Shown here in pieces: positions 22,535 through 36,017 of a stretch of 64,000 nt of DNA. This DNA is from Mobula hypostoma (lineage: Eukaryota). The position numbers and the translations under genes were made by a program. The stretch covers positions 193,628,001 through 193,692,000 of the forward strand of contig NC_086097.1 in NCBI RefSeq assembly GCF_963921235.1, read 5' to 3'. The notes under the pieces are model-generated. The model was given only the letters and a program-made list of their open reading frames with translations. It did not search any database and was not told where the DNA came from. Numbering within the stretch: the first letter of the stretch is position 1; each line of letters starts with the position of its first letter.

Positions 22535-25370
22535 TAGAAATGGGGACCCTGGTGAGCCAGACAACATTCCCTTCCATCCCCCGAACCCGGATGCAGATCC
22601 TGGCTACCTTATGTTACAACCAACAATCCCTGCCTCTATCAGCTGTAGTGGACTCGGCGCTGAGGGAAACCTTCTGGATGAAAGCATAACTTTCCGTGCC
22701 GGAATTCCTCGGGAGCCGTTGAGTACCCCTCTGGAAGCCCGGGCACTGAATGGTAGACTTCTGACCCAAGTCACACACTGCACACCACCCCTGTCTCTTA
22801 TTCTCTCCAGGAGCCATTGGGAACAGATGCGATTTAACCTAATTTCCTCTCCTCAAGCTCCTATAGTTCTTGGGTACCCCTGGTTAAGCCACCATAATCC
22901 CCACATTGACTGGTCCACCGGGAAGATAGTCAGCTGGAATCCATTCTGTCACTCCACTTGTCTAGAATCGGCCCTTTCCCCTGTGAAAGTCACTGCGACC
23001 TCGTCTGCCGCTGAAACGCCGGACTTATCCAAGGTTCCAGCAGAGTAACATGATATGGGAGAAATGTTCAACAAACAACGGGCTCTTTCCCTGCCTTCAC
23101 ACCACCCTTACAATTGCGCAATTGACCTTCTCCCCACAGCCCCTCTACACACCAGTTGGCTGTATAACCTGTCCCAGCCCAAAAGGGAAGCAATGGAGGC
23201 TTACCGAAATGACTCTCTCGCAGTGGGCATTATTCGACCCTCATCTTCCCCTGTAGGCGCAGGTTTCTTTTTTGTGCAGAAAAAGATGGCTCACTGCTCC
23301 CCTGCATTGACTACCGGGGCCTGAATAGCATAATCATAAAGAATAAGTATCCACTGCCCCTTATCAACTCTGCTTTCGAATCCCTTCATAGAGCCACTAT
23401 CTTCTCTAAGTTGGACCTACAAAATGCCTACCACCTAGTCAGGATAAGGGAGGGAGATGAGTGGAAAACAGCTTTTAAAACTTGGTCACTTCGAATATCT
23501 TGTCATGCCATTCGGTCTCACCAATGCCCCCACCGTCTTCCAAGCTCTGGTAAACAATGTCCTTAGGGACTTTATTAACTGTTCCATTTTTGTTTATTTG
23601 AATGACATCTTAAACTTCTCCCGCAGTCTTTAGGAACACATCCACCATGTCCGTCAGGTTCTGCAGAGGCTTTGGGAGAACAAACTATTCACGAAGGCTG
23701 AGAAGTGCGAGTTTCATGTCCCTTCTGTCAGTTTCTTAGGGTACATCATCAAGAGCGGGCAAGTGAGGGAGGATCCCGAAAAGATCTGGGTGGTGGCAGA
23801 GTGGCCAAAACCCACCTCACTCAAGCAACTCCAGCGATTTCTGGGGTTCACAAACTTTTATCATCACTTCATCAGGGATTACAGCTGGGTGGCAGCGCCC
23901 CTTATTCGACTCACCTCTCCTACGACCTCTTTCCACTGGGACCCCGAAGCCTTCCAAACCCTGAGACCATCCTTCCACCATCCTGTGTAGTGGCTGCCCT
24001 CACCTGGGAGATCGAATCCATAGTCAAAGAGGCCCAACAGACTCTACCTGACCCAGGCAATGGACCCTCCAATGGCCTCTTCATGCCTGACTTGGTTTGG
24101 TCTCAGGTTCTCCAGTGGGGGCACACCTCGTTTTGCCTGCCATCCTGGAATCGATCGAACTCTGTCCCTTCTGAAGAGACATTTCTGGTGGCCCTCCATG
24201 GACGCTGACACCTGTTCCTTTGCCTCTGCTTGTTCTGTTTGTGCCCGCGGAAAAGCCTCCCACCGACTACCAGCTGGGTTGCTTCATCCCCTACCTGTCC
24301 CTAGCCACCCTTGGTCTCACATTGCACTGGATTTTGTTAATGGACTACCCCCTTCACATGGGAACTCTGCCAGACTCATCGTGGTGGACCGCTTCTCCAA
24401 AGCTGTGCATTTTGTAGCCCTTCCCAAACTCTTTACAGACAGCCAACCTCCTTGTTCATCACGTCTTCCGCCTTCATGGAATTCCCTCTAACATTATTTC
24501 TGGCTGGGGTCCCCAGTTCATTTCTCAAGTCTAGAGATCCTTTTGTCAAGCCCTTGGAGCCTCAGTAAACCTGTCTTCTGGCTTCCATCCACAGACTAAT
24601 GGTCAAACAGAACGAGCAAACCAGGATTTGGAAGCAGCACTGCGCTGCATAACTGCCAACAACCTGTCATCCTGGAGCACCCATCTCGTTTGGGTCGAGT
24701 AAGCCCACAACTCCCTGGTCAGCACCGCCACTGGAATGTCTCCCTTCAAATGCTCTCTCGGTTACCGACCCCCTCTGTTTTCCGCACATGAAGATGACAT
24801 TGCTGTGCTTCTGTTCGGACCCATCTCTGCCGGTGCCGCAAGATCTGGAAGGATGCACGAGCGGCCCTGCTCCACTCAGCCAACCGCAACCAGAGGATTG
24901 CCGATCGCCATCAAATTCCTGCACCAAATTATCGGCCTGGGCAGAAGGTTTGGCTCTTGCCAAAAGACATTCCCCTCAAGAATGAACCCAAGAAACTCAC
25001 TCCTCGCTACTTGGGACCATTCGAGATTGAGAGTGTCTTCAGCCCCTCAGCGGTCAGACTCAAACTGCCCGGATCCATGCACATTCATCCCACCTTTCAC
25101 ACCTCCCAATTGAAACCTCTATCTGTCAGTCCTTTGTGCCCTCCTGCCAAATCCCCTCCAACCGCTGGATCATTGATGACCACCCAGCATACACCGTCCT
25201 GCGAATACTGGATGTGCGCTACCGAGGCAGGGGCCTCCAGTACCTGGTCAATTGAGAAGTATACGGTCCAGAGGAAATCTCCTGGATTCCTCGCTCCTTC
25301 ATCCTGGAACCTTCCCTTCTCTGTGATTTCCATCGAGACAATCCGGACAAGCCTGGTGGGTTTGCCTTGA
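22535..25370 (+). pseudogene. Gypsy pol remnant: protease, RT, integrase, chromodomain; RNase H missing
   Basis: Protease AVVDS(G); [31 protein letters not shown] and YLNDI (YLDD decayed); integrase [35 protein letters not shown]; chromodomain [20 protein letters not shown]...[10 protein letters not shown]. Multiple stops and frameshifts. Confidence 0.92.
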
Positions 25371-25394
25371 GATTCCTGATTGGGGGGGGGGTAC

Positions 25395-25796
25395 TGTCAC
25401 AGTCCCGATCCTTAATTCCTTACATTTCTCCTAATTTCCTTTGATTGTGCCATGGTTCTGACCATTAATTTCCCACTTGCTTCTAATTCTCTTTGACGGC
25501 ACACCTGGTTTCCGTCAAGACCTGCAGCATAAGAACCCCGGGGTTACAACCACTAGTAGCCAGATCATTGGTTTTGCCTGTGTGGTAATTAACATTTCTC
25601 AGCTGCTTAGGACCGTGTGTTCTAAGTTTTGCTCCAGTTTCAAAGTTTACCTATGAAACTCGGTCTCTCTGTGTCAAGGCTCCGTGGCAAGATCCCTCCT
25701 GTTTGCTGTTCAATGTTCACGTCCGCATAAGCATCCTAACTCAATCTCCGTGCCTGTGTCCTGCACTTGGGTTCGCTTCATTCACTCATTGCAACA
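25395..25796 (+). repeat. 3' LTR of the Gypsy element (402 bp)
   Basis: Follows the polypurine tract GGGGGGGGGGTAC; ends GCAACA, followed by TSD CCACT. Confidence 0.95.
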
Positions 25797-26259
25797 CCAC
25801 TGATGTTAGGCTCCTGATGTAATTGTTTGTCCTATTTAATCTTTGTCTGATTAATGTGGGCATCAGTCTGAGGGAGAGAGGAAAGTACAATAATATTGAT
25901 TGTCTAATATGAGGTGGGAAACTTCAGCCAGACCCAGTGCATGGATTGGTCTGTGTTACTTCTTTTGAGTTAAGAAAATAAAGTTGTACAAGGGAGTTGG
26001 AACTTAGGTCACAAAATGAGCTTGTTCAGCTATCTATTGATGCAACAACCAGGTTTTGAAATTAATGCATATATTGTTCTCGAATATCATAATGTTTGGC
26101 CGCACATAATGTTTAGTATTGCTCTTGAAGTATTATTTGAAGTCGGAATACTTGTGATTCTACATCTGTGTATGTGTGCATGCGTGTGTTAAATCCATGA
26201 GGCAGAGCCTAGTCCCTTGTCTTGAACCTCTGCTTTGGAGACCTGTTGATTTTTTTTTA

Positions 26260-26800
26260 ATCTTGCATAGACGCCTCCTGCTCCTGTAAACGTCCCATTT
26301 CCATCTTCCACATCCCTTCGCCTCATCTGTGACCGTCCGCGGATCCTACAACGGATTCATCAGTCATTTCAAAATCCACCGAACTCGCGAGGAGGCAGGT
26401 CACCTCGAATCAGAGAACCGCTAAGAATTGTGATCCTGGCATCTTTCAGTCCACATATGTGTATTCAATCACCGGATCAGCTATCAGGTCAATCCCGTGA
26501 GAGGGGCAGAGGGTGGCTAAAATTAGTGGTGTGTATCCAGATTTAAGAAGGGAGTGGGTAAAAGGGATCGGCGATTTGAAGCTTGAACTCCACTAATTGC
26601 AAACTCTTATTTCTGTCTGCATGAAATGTTAAACAACTCTTTACCTGCATGCAATCCCTTGAGTTTTCTAGCCGTGGGAGACTGATTACTTACTCTAGTG
26701 CTATATTTATCAATCCTTCAAACCATAAAAGGTCGGGACTCTGGTTTTACATTCCACTGACGGGAGGCATTATTTTTGTACAGAACTCTGCAGCCGCTTT
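26260..26800 (+). promoter_or_regulatory. Putative MYOM1 muscle promoter with a MEF2 site
   Basis: Consensus MEF2 site CTAAAATTAG at 26517-26526; near-consensus CTATATTTAT at 26701-26710; TTATTTTTG at ~26770; E-boxes (CATCTG, CATATG); CpG visibly denser than in the flanks; lies just upstream of a strong splice donor. Confidence 0.6.
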
Positions 26801-26869
26801 CCCCGAAACATCACACCGAGCGTTCTCTCTAGTATATACAACAAAATCCCAGAAAACATTTGACATTTG
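26790..26869 (+). other. MYOM1: Probable non-coding exon 1 of MYOM1 (start approximate)
   Basis: Donor TTG|GTAAGT at 26869/26870, upstream of the strong acceptor (T-tract...GAGCAG|, 27703/27704) of the ATG-bearing exon. Confidence 0.5.
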
Positions 26870-27751
26870 GTAAGTGCGCCCGATTCTCAGTAGATTTAGC
26901 AGCTCTTGTGGCGGTTCTGTGACTTAAATGTTGTTTGCCTTATTAAAAGTTAAGGTTCCGTTGGCAGCTGACCGGTGCAGTTCTAAATGTGCACTCAACA
27001 CATAGTTCAACTGGCGAGATCGGTCAGAATCACTGAGTTTTATTAATTTGGTTTTGTGTCAGGGTTATCTACAATAAAGGGCACACTTAGAGAGCAAGAA
27101 CGAACCCGTATAATATTTCAGCTGAATTCTATGTGGTTGGATGTTAACAATTCTATCAGAATTACTTTAACATTCATCTTGAAATAGAAAATTGAACACA
27201 GACTGGGAAGTTGGATGTAAGTGTGGCAAATGCAACGCACGATGGTCAATTTGCAGCTAATTGTGTTTATTAAAACGGATTATTTAAAATAATTATTTAA
27301 ACCGATCGAAAGTAGAGCCGGTTATTTCGAATTATAATTATTTTTTATTTAATATGATTGATATTTATATATATATAATAAAAACCCTGTACTTTTGTTT
27401 CGCATTTCTTGCCAATCATGATAAATTATACTGAAACTTTGCTAGATGTAAGGATTTAAATGTTTCTCTGCACTGCTGGAGCTGTTACTTCGACCGGCTA
27501 AGGTTGGACCAGAAAAGGAAACAAAATGAAATAAATCAGAACCCTGTTACCTATATCTCGGTTTCAGCGCACTCTAAACTTCACCTACTGACAATGACCT
27601 ACATACATCATTGTCGGTTTATTCTGTTTACATTAATGGAGCAGATCGTTGAGCCCTTTACCTGATTTACTTTTTTTTTTGTTTCTGCTTTATCTACGAG
27701 CAGATTCCTGAGAATTCATACAACGTAAGAGTTGGATATTACGTTGCCAGC

Positions 27752-27888
27752 ATGTCCTCGCTATCATTACCTTTTTACCAGAAGCACCACCGGCACTATG
27801 ACCGTAACTATCGTAGTAGCCAGTTGCAGTCCGCTATGCAAGACTACCGCCTGGAGGAAAAGCGCAAAATTACAACTCACTCCCACGG
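27752..27888 (+). CDS. MYOM1: Myomesin-1, first coding exon (exon begins 27704; ends in phase 2)
   Basis: MSSLSLPFYQKHHRHYDRNYRSSQLQSAMQDYRLEEKRKITTHSH(G) resembles the recalled MYOM1 N-terminus MSLPFYQRCHQHYDLSYR...SHG; donor GG|GTAAGA. Confidence 0.9.
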
Positions 27889-29688
27889 GTAAGACGCTGT
27901 CAGGGTCACATACTGACTGGGGATGGAACACCGACCACGAATTTGCAAAGTTCTCCAATATGTAAACCGTGTTTACGTTGTATTTTAATGTATGCCAACA
28001 GTGGACGCTCCCAAAATTGTAACAAATTTCCAGGATTTGGTCTGAACATAAATTCTTAATCATCTGCAGGAATCTTGATTTAAATAACTATTAAATCTTA
28101 TTAACTTGCGGGACAATTTCTTAGCCTAAGCTAGGGATCTCAGAAAACATCGATCTATTCCATTTAAACTCTTTCACTCTGAGAGTATTCATTAGATCAA
28201 AATTTTAAAGTGACTGCCATTTGATTGAGTTGATTCCCACAAAATGGTATGGTGAATTGAATGATCCCATTTAATAGACCAATCTAAATCTTTCAGGTGC
28301 TGATAAATTCACAAGTTTCTTCCAGCATGGTTGATTTGAATGTATTTTTGTTTTATACTAGTCTATTGTAAATTTGAGATTGAAATCATGCTATAAACAC
28401 CCAATTATACATGTAGCCTAGTCAGTCACAAGAATGTAGTGCAGTGAAGCAGGGAGAGGGTTAATCTCTCAGCTCTACAATCAGCCAAGCATAACAATGA
28501 AAATAAATGCACCTTGCATATATATTGTACCACTAACATAGTAAAATAGTTTGGTGCCATTATGTTATGAACATGAAAGGTTACTAGCAAACCTTTAACA
28601 CCCCTAAGATATCTAATATATATTCTTTTTCAGTGGTAATTTGCTGTAAAATTCCATTATCCTCCACCCTGAATTCTCCAACTTCAATGCTTTCTCCACA
28701 GTAAAATCAGATGAGAAATATTCAATTAAGATCCTACCCATATCCTTTGACTCCATGCACATAATGCTAATGGACCTTGTATATTCTCTGGATACTCTTT
28801 TGCCTTTAATATACTTATTTTACTCGAATACTTTCCTTGATCTTTGCCCACCAGTGTGATCTCCTATCCCCATTTTGTTCTCCTACTTTGTCCTCTACAG
28901 GTCCTGTAGAGTCACTTCTATTTTCACTTTCACTACTGCCACTACGATTTTGTTTCATTAACCAACACTCCATATCCCTTGGCCTGTAGGGGGTTCCTTC
29001 GACTTTCAGTTTTTATCTTTCACCCTTACAGGAATGCTTAGGCTCTGAACTCTCACTGTTTTATTTTTAAATGACTATTGCCCTCTCTGCTATGAGAGCC
29101 AAATCATTTTTGTTTGGGAGATTAGGAGAAAGGTAAAACAATTGTTAACAAGAGGATGTCAACAACAATTTTTCAATCTCAGAAATCTATCATTTGATGG
29201 CATGTAAAGAGGGTCACTTTGAATAGTTAAGCAAACACAGACAATTTTGTTCCTTCTGAGTTAGTTTATTGTAACTGTCACTATCAATTATGACATTATA
29301 TTGGGAACACGAGTATATACTACTTGTGGGAGTTTTCTATTCAAAATATTCAGATCAGGATTTTGGGCATTTGAGCTAGAAAATTTTCTGTATTAATTTT
29401 ATGTGTGACTCATGAAGGATTTTAAGTGCCACACTAATTGCATTGCATGATTTATAATAGCTATTTGCCTGGCCACCATCAAACACTGGTACATTTGTTA
29501 CTAGATTTGAGCTTTCCTATGTTGAAGTTGAAAGTATTTTGCATTAGCACTTTTTCTATGGTGATGGACTGAGCCAGATCAAAGAGCAAATTTAAGTATG
29601 TGTCTATAGACATGACTTCATTGTTATATTATTCTGCAAAGCAATTTCAATCTCATTTATTTTCCAAAAAAGCTTGGGCTGGGTAGTA

Positions 29689-29910
29689 CAAGCAACACAC
29701 TCAAAATGCTAGAGGAACTCAACAGGTCAGGCAGCATCTATGGAAAAAAGTACAGTTGACGTTTTGGTCCAAAATCCTTCCAAAGAGTTTTGGCCTGAAA
29801 TGTCGACAGTACTTTTTTTTCCATAGATGCTATCTGGTCTGCTGATTTCCTCCAGCATTTTGTGTGTGTTGCTTAGTCTGCCAGCATCTGCAGATTTCTC
29901 TTGTTTGTGA
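29689..29910. mobile_element. Penelope-derived foldback insertion with 15-bp TSD
   Basis: Inverted arms CAAAATGCTAGAGGAA...CATCTATGGAAAAAAGTAC and GTACTTTTTTTCCATAGATG...CAGCATTTTG; TSD TTGGGCTGGGTAGTA at 29674-29688 and 29911-29925. Confidence 0.85.
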
Positions 29911-31044
29911 TTGGGCTGGGTAGTATTTTGATCATACTTCACACATCTCACATCTGATACAAATGAATTTAGGTGCAGAATTTTTTTGTTCTGACACCAG
30001 GGATTGTGGAGTCCCACAACACTCTTTTAAAAACATAAATAGGGGCTAGTTATCTGTTTTGTTAGTCAAACCTCCAAATCCTTGCAATTGCAGATTCCAC
30101 AATCTTTCAAACAATCAGATGTTTTGAGTACTGAAAATTGTACATGCCCTCAACCTAAAAAAGCAGAAGAATTAATTAGATAACAATTAGTTAATCAGAC
30201 TATCATTGACAGTGGGAAGACATCTGGAGACAATCGCCCAAGAGTGTTAGATTCCTCTTGGCTAATAAATGACAACTAGCAATGTAGTGATAAGGAGAAA
30301 TCCTATCTGATTAACCTGGCAATGTTTTCAGATGAGATAATTCAGTTGCTGTTTTCATATGGGTTTATAATAACTGTTGTTTATAATACTACATATAATA
30401 ATAATTGAAATGCTAGCAAAATGAAAGTCTGTGCAATTACAGTGATAGTAATAACATATATAAGATAGGTTGAATGTCAGAAAATGAATAGTAGTTATTT
30501 TCCTTTCATAGGCAGAATGTAAAGCTGGCCTTGGTTACTTCTGCTGAGTTTAATTAATCTACATTTGGGCACAGGAGGCACCATTTTAAAATTTATGGAT
30601 GGAACAAAGATTAGAAATATAGAAAAGAATGAAGAGGACTGTAAGAAGCATTTGGAGACGACTTGGTGTTGCAGCAAGCACCTACATGACAGATGTCACT
30701 TAATGCAACAAATATTTTAAAATGATACAAGAGGAGAAGCAAATGACATTTTAAAAAGTGAAGAGAGTTCATAGTTTCTAAATTCCATTATTTGACAGTG
30801 ACTAATCAAGTGAAATAAGTAACAAGATTCTTGGCTTTATAAATGGAGCTATAGGAAACAAAAAGAAGGAAGCTGTGGTAAAGCTTTTTAAGTCATTGAT
30901 TGGACATCAACTGCATTCAATTAGACTTGTGACATAGAGCACTAGATGCCAATAACCAGTACTTTGCTAATTCCTGAAGCACATTAGAAAGGAGCTTTGT
31001 ACTGTATGTCATCCGCAATGTAAAACAAGGTGCTCATTTAGGAT

Positions 31045-34000
31045 GAGGGAGATTGGGACCAATATTCTTGCAGGCAGGTTTACTAGAGCTGTTGGGAGTG
31101 GCTTAAATTAATATGGCAGAGGGATGAGAACCAGTATGATAGAGCTGAGGATAAGCCTGCAGGTTTACAAGTAGATGATCGATGTAACATGAGTGTAAGG
31201 AAGGACAACTCAATGATCGGGTACAAATGCAGACAGAACTAAGAGATAAATTGTACTACAGAGGCAAAATTCAAAAAGGTGAAGAATGCAGGACTGAATG
31301 TGCTATATTTAAATGTGTGTAGCAATGGAATAAATTGGATGAACTCGTGGTGCAATTAGAGATTAGTTGGTATGACGTTGTGGGCATTGGCTGAAAGAAG
31401 GCCACTGTTTGGAGCTTAAGATCATATGACCATAGAACCATAAGGTATAGGAGCAGAATTAGGTCATTTGGCCCATGATTCAATCATAGCTGATCCTCTT
31501 CTCCCCCCTCTCCAGCCTTCTCCCCCCTCTCCAGCCTTCTCCCCGTAACTTCTGAGGTCATATCCAATCGAAAACCTATCAACTCTGCCCAACAGCCTGG
31601 CCTCCACAGCTGCCTGTGGTAATACATTCCACAAATTCATCACCCTTTGGCTGAAGAAATTTCTCTGCTTTTTCAATGGATGCCCCTCTATCTTGAGGCT
31701 GTGCTCTCTTGTCCTAGACTCCCTCACCTTGGGAAACATCCTTTCTGCATCTACTCTGTCTAGCCCTTTCAACAATCAGAGGGTTTCAATGAGATTTCTC
31801 CCTGCCTATCCTTCTACATTCCAGCGAGTACAGATGCAGAGCTATCAAACATTCCTCATATGATAACCCTTTCATTCTCAGAATCATCCTTATGAACCTC
31901 CTCTGAACTCTCAAAGGTACATCAAAGGATATACTTTGTATTGAGAGGACAGGCAGGAAGGCAAAGGTTGTGGTGTGGTTCTGTTGGTATGAGATGGAAT
32001 TATATCTTTATAAAGAGGTGACATAGGGTCAGAGAATGTTGAATCTCTGTGGGTGAAGTTAAGAAACTGCAAGGGTAAAAAAACCAATATGGGAATCATA
32101 TATAGGCCTTCAAATAGTTGACAAGATGTGAGGTTGAGATTGTAAAGGGAGCTGGGAGAGGCATGTAATAAGGGTAATGCGGCAATAGTAATGAGGGACT
32201 TCAATATGCAAGAGGATTGGGAAAATCAGATTGGTGTCAAATCATAAGAGAGGGAATTTGTTGAATGACTATGAGATGGCTTTTTAGAGCAGCTTGTGCT
32301 TGAGCCTAGTCGGGGAAAATACTACCTTAGATTAGGAGTTGTGTAATAACCCAGATAATATTAGGGAGCTAAGTGTAAAGAAACCCTGAGGAGGCAGTGA
32401 TTATAATATGACTGAATTCATACTGCAGTTTGAGAGGGAAAAGCATAAGTCACACATATCAGTATTGCAATGGAATGAAGGGAATTACAGAGACATGAGA
32501 GAGGAGCTTGAGCCCTGGATTGGAGGAGGTTACTGGCAGTGTTGACAGCAAAGCAGTGATGGCTGAAGTTTCTGGGGATAGTTCCCAAGACACAGGATAG
32601 ATATGTCCCACAGAAGAAGTTGTTCTGAAATGGCAGGGGTAGGCAATCGTAGCTGACAAGGGGAGTTAAGGACTGCATAAAAGACAGGGAAAGGGCATAT
32701 CAGGTAACAAAAGTGAGTGGGAAGTTGGATGTTTGGGCAGCTTTTAAAATCCAACAAAAGGCAACTAAAAAAGCTATAAGAAGGGAAAAGATGAAATTTG
32801 AGGGCAAACTAGACAATACTATAAAGCAGGATACCAAAAGTTTTTTTTCAGTTATATAAAGAGTAAAAGGGAAGTGAGAGTTGATATTGGACAACTGGAA
32901 ACTGATGCTAGTGAGGTAGTAATGGCTAACAAAGAAATTATAGATGAACTGAATGGATACTTTGCATCAGTTTTCACTGTGGAAGATATTAGCAGTGTGC
33001 CAGAGGTCCTTGAGTGTCAGGGAACTGGAGTGAGTGCCATTGCTATTACAAAGGAAAAAGTGCTAGGCAGACTAAAAGGTGTTAAGGTGGATAACAGATG
33101 GACTACATCCCAGAGCCCTGAGAGAAGTTGCTGAAGAGATAACGGATGCATCGGTCACAATCTTTCAAGAATCACTTAATTCTGGCATGGTCTCGGTGGA
33201 CTGTCAGATTGCAAATATCACTCCACTCTTTAAGAAGGGAGGAAGGCAAAAGTGAGGAAACTATAGGCCAGCTAACCTAACATCAGTGGCTGGGAGAGTG
33301 TTGGAGTCTATTATTAAGAATGAGGTTCTGGGGTACTTGGAAACTAATGATAAAATAAGTCAAAGTCAGTGTGGTTTCTGTAAATGAAAATCTCGCCTGA
33401 CAAATCTGTTGGTTATTTGAGGAAGTAACAAGCAGGGTGGATAAAGGAGAAACAGTGGATGTAATTAACTTGGATTTTCAGAAGGCATTTATTTGATAAG
33501 GAGCCACGCACGAGGCTGCTCAACAAGATGAAGTCCCATGGCATTACAGGAAAGATACAAGCATGAATAGCTGACAGGCAGGAGGCAGTGAGTGGGAATA
33601 AAGGGAGCCTTTTCTGGTTTTCTGCCAGTGACTACTGCTGTTCCTCGGGTCAGTATTGTTACTGCTATTATTCATATTTTGTCATTGATTTTAGATAATG
33701 GAATTGATGGCTTTGTGGCAAAGTGTGCAGATGATATAGAGATAGTTGGAGTGGTAGGTAGAGCTGAGGAGGCAACGTGATTGCACCTGGACTTAGACAA
33801 ATTGGAAGAATGAGCAAAAAACTGACAGATGGAAAACAATGTTGGGAAGTGTATGATAATGCAATTTTGTAAGAGGAAAAAGAGTGCAGATTATTTCTAA
33901 ATGGGTAGAAGGTTCAAACATCAGAGGTGCAGAGGGACTTGGGAGTCCTTGTGCAAAAGTCCCAAAAGGTTAATTTACAGGTTGAGTCTATGATAAAGAA

Positions 34001-34641
34001 GGCAAATGAAATATTGGCATTTATTTTGATGAATAGAATATAAAAGCAGGAAGATAATGCTGAGGCTTTATAAGACACTATGCAGTCTGCACTTAAAGTA
34101 TTGTCAACAGTTTTGGGCCTCATATCTCAGAAAGGATGTGCTGTTATAGGAGAGAGTCCAGAGGAGGTTCACAAGGATGATTTCAGAATGAAGGGATTAA
34201 CATATGAGGAGTGTTTGGCAGCTTTGGGCCTGTAGTCACTGGAATTTAGAAGAATGCAGGGGGATCTCATTGAAACCTACCGAATGTTGAAAGGACTAAA
34301 TAGGGTGGATGTGGAGGGGATGTTTCCTATAGTAAGGCTATCCAGAACTTGAGGGCACAGCCTCAAAATCAAGGGGTGACATTTTAGAACGGAGGTAAGA
34401 AGGGATTTTTTTTTTAGCCAGAGAATAGTGAAACCCTCTGCCACAGATTGTGGTGGAAGCCAAGTCCATGGATATATTTAAGGCGGAAGTTGATAGTTTT
34501 CTGATTGGTCAGTGCATCAAAAGATATGGTGAGAAGGCTAGTGTATGGGGTTGAGTGGGATCCGGAATCAGCCATGATAGAATGGCGGTGTAGACTCCAT
34601 GAGCTGAATGACATAATTCTGCTCCTATGTCTTATGGTCTT
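31045..34641 (+). mobile_element. Long CR1 LINE copy (APE endonuclease + RT, decayed)
   Basis: GIIYRP and DFN-type endonuclease motifs; YFASVFTVED; DFQKAF and ADD RT motifs; 3' end CTCCTATGTCTTATGGTCTT. Confidence 0.85.
31420..31912 (-). mobile_element. CR1 3' end nested in antisense inside the preceding CR1
   Basis: Minus-strand MLKGLDRVDAERMFP...RNFFSQRVMNLWNVLP; CCATAGAACCATAAG tail at ~31430. Confidence 0.8.
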
Positions 34642-36017
34642 TAGTGATCCAGAACCTGGAATTTTTCTTCTTAGTGCAACAGAGGATATGATTTAACGGA
34701 GGTAGTCAAATACAATTTGCAGAAAGGTCAAAAACCAGACAATCTGGATTTAGAATAAATGACCAAAAATCCATGGGGTGGGGGGGGGGGGAATAAAACA
34801 AAACTCCTCTGAATCATTAATGTATGCCTTGCCTGAAACGTGGTGAAAGCAGATTCCATAATAATATTCAAATTAGATCAGATGAAAATTTTTAAATGAA
34901 ACATTTTCGGAGCAATGGAAAAGGTTAGGGAAATGGGGTTAATAGGTAGCTCTTTCAGAGAATTAGCATTGATGTAATGGATCTCCCCCCCCCCCGAATA
35001 TTTTGACTGTTTTGATAAAATCTCTACATATTTGCTTTCATTATATTGCTGGATGGACTGCACATCATTGTAAATTGAACGCAAATGCAATGATAATCTA
35101 ATATAGTCATCAACTTAAAACATGAGGAAATCAATGAGATTATTGATGTTATCAAAGAACTGATTTGTTACTTATATGGACTTCCAGCAGATTTTTGATT
35201 AACGCCCTCATAAGGATTTCACTAAAGTAGAAGGCAGCTTTTTACCCTGGTTAGAGAAGTAGGAGAGCATAAAGCAACAAACCATAGGATATTGGATAGG
35301 TGCTGTAGAATTTGCCAAGCACAATCATGCTCCTAGACCATGATTATCCCAGTCATACTATATGGTACATAATGATGATGACCCTGATATGCAAAAGATG
35401 AATACCAAAGGAATTGTCTTAGGTTTCCATCAAAAACCTTTCATCCCTACCACTGTATTGCAGGTAAATGTATGATGCATGTGCAGAATTGTAAGAGTGG
35501 CTACAGGGCATTATGACTACTCAGCAGCAACATTGAAAGCCTTGATGAGTAAACTGCAGTGCAGTGACCTTTCAGTTCATGGAAATGTTGCTGGAACAAG
35601 CAACATGGTGTTAATTGGTTATGAGGGAGCTGAAGAAAATGGTGGTTCATAGGAGTGCAAGAAAACCATCAAAAGGAATCTGAAGTCAGATGAATGTATC
35701 TCTTTGAAGGATTTTACTCAGCACTGGAACATTGGTGGCTTTTTTTGATTGCACGCTGCACAGAAAGTCTGTTTGTGGTTTAAGTGATGAACTAAGTGAA
35801 TCAGAGTTATTAGGCACACAGATTCTCACATTTGATTGTGCATGCATAAGTATGACATCTACAGAAATGCCACTGATAAATGCTAAAGATGCCAATAATG
35901 CTGCAGTTTGTCAGAGCAAGAGCTCACAGAAGGCTCATGTACCCAAACTGAAGCTGATGTGGTTAATGGAAAAATCTAATTTGCCTAGCATTTAACCACC
36001 CTGACAATGACAAAATG

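Larger units (their letters stand above)
21014..25796 (+). mobile_element. Ty3/Gypsy chromovirus (Tf1/sushi group) LTR retrotransposon, decayed, RNase H deleted
   Basis: Paired LTRs (TGTCAC...GCAACA), TSD TCACT/CCACT, G10 polypurine tract at 25382-25391, and gag, protease, RT, integrase and chromodomain remnants in Gypsy order. Confidence 0.96.

Noticed and set aside
30066..30183. Candidate for the missing MYOM1 exon (phase-2 acceptor, PQPKKA resembling PKPKRA)
   Set aside because: The frame reaches TAA with no convincing in-phase donor, and the similarity covers only six residues.
35353..35463. Open phase-0 segment between CAG and GTAAAT in the large intron
   Set aside because: Its phase is incompatible with the flanking phase-2 exons and the peptide is not myomesin-like.
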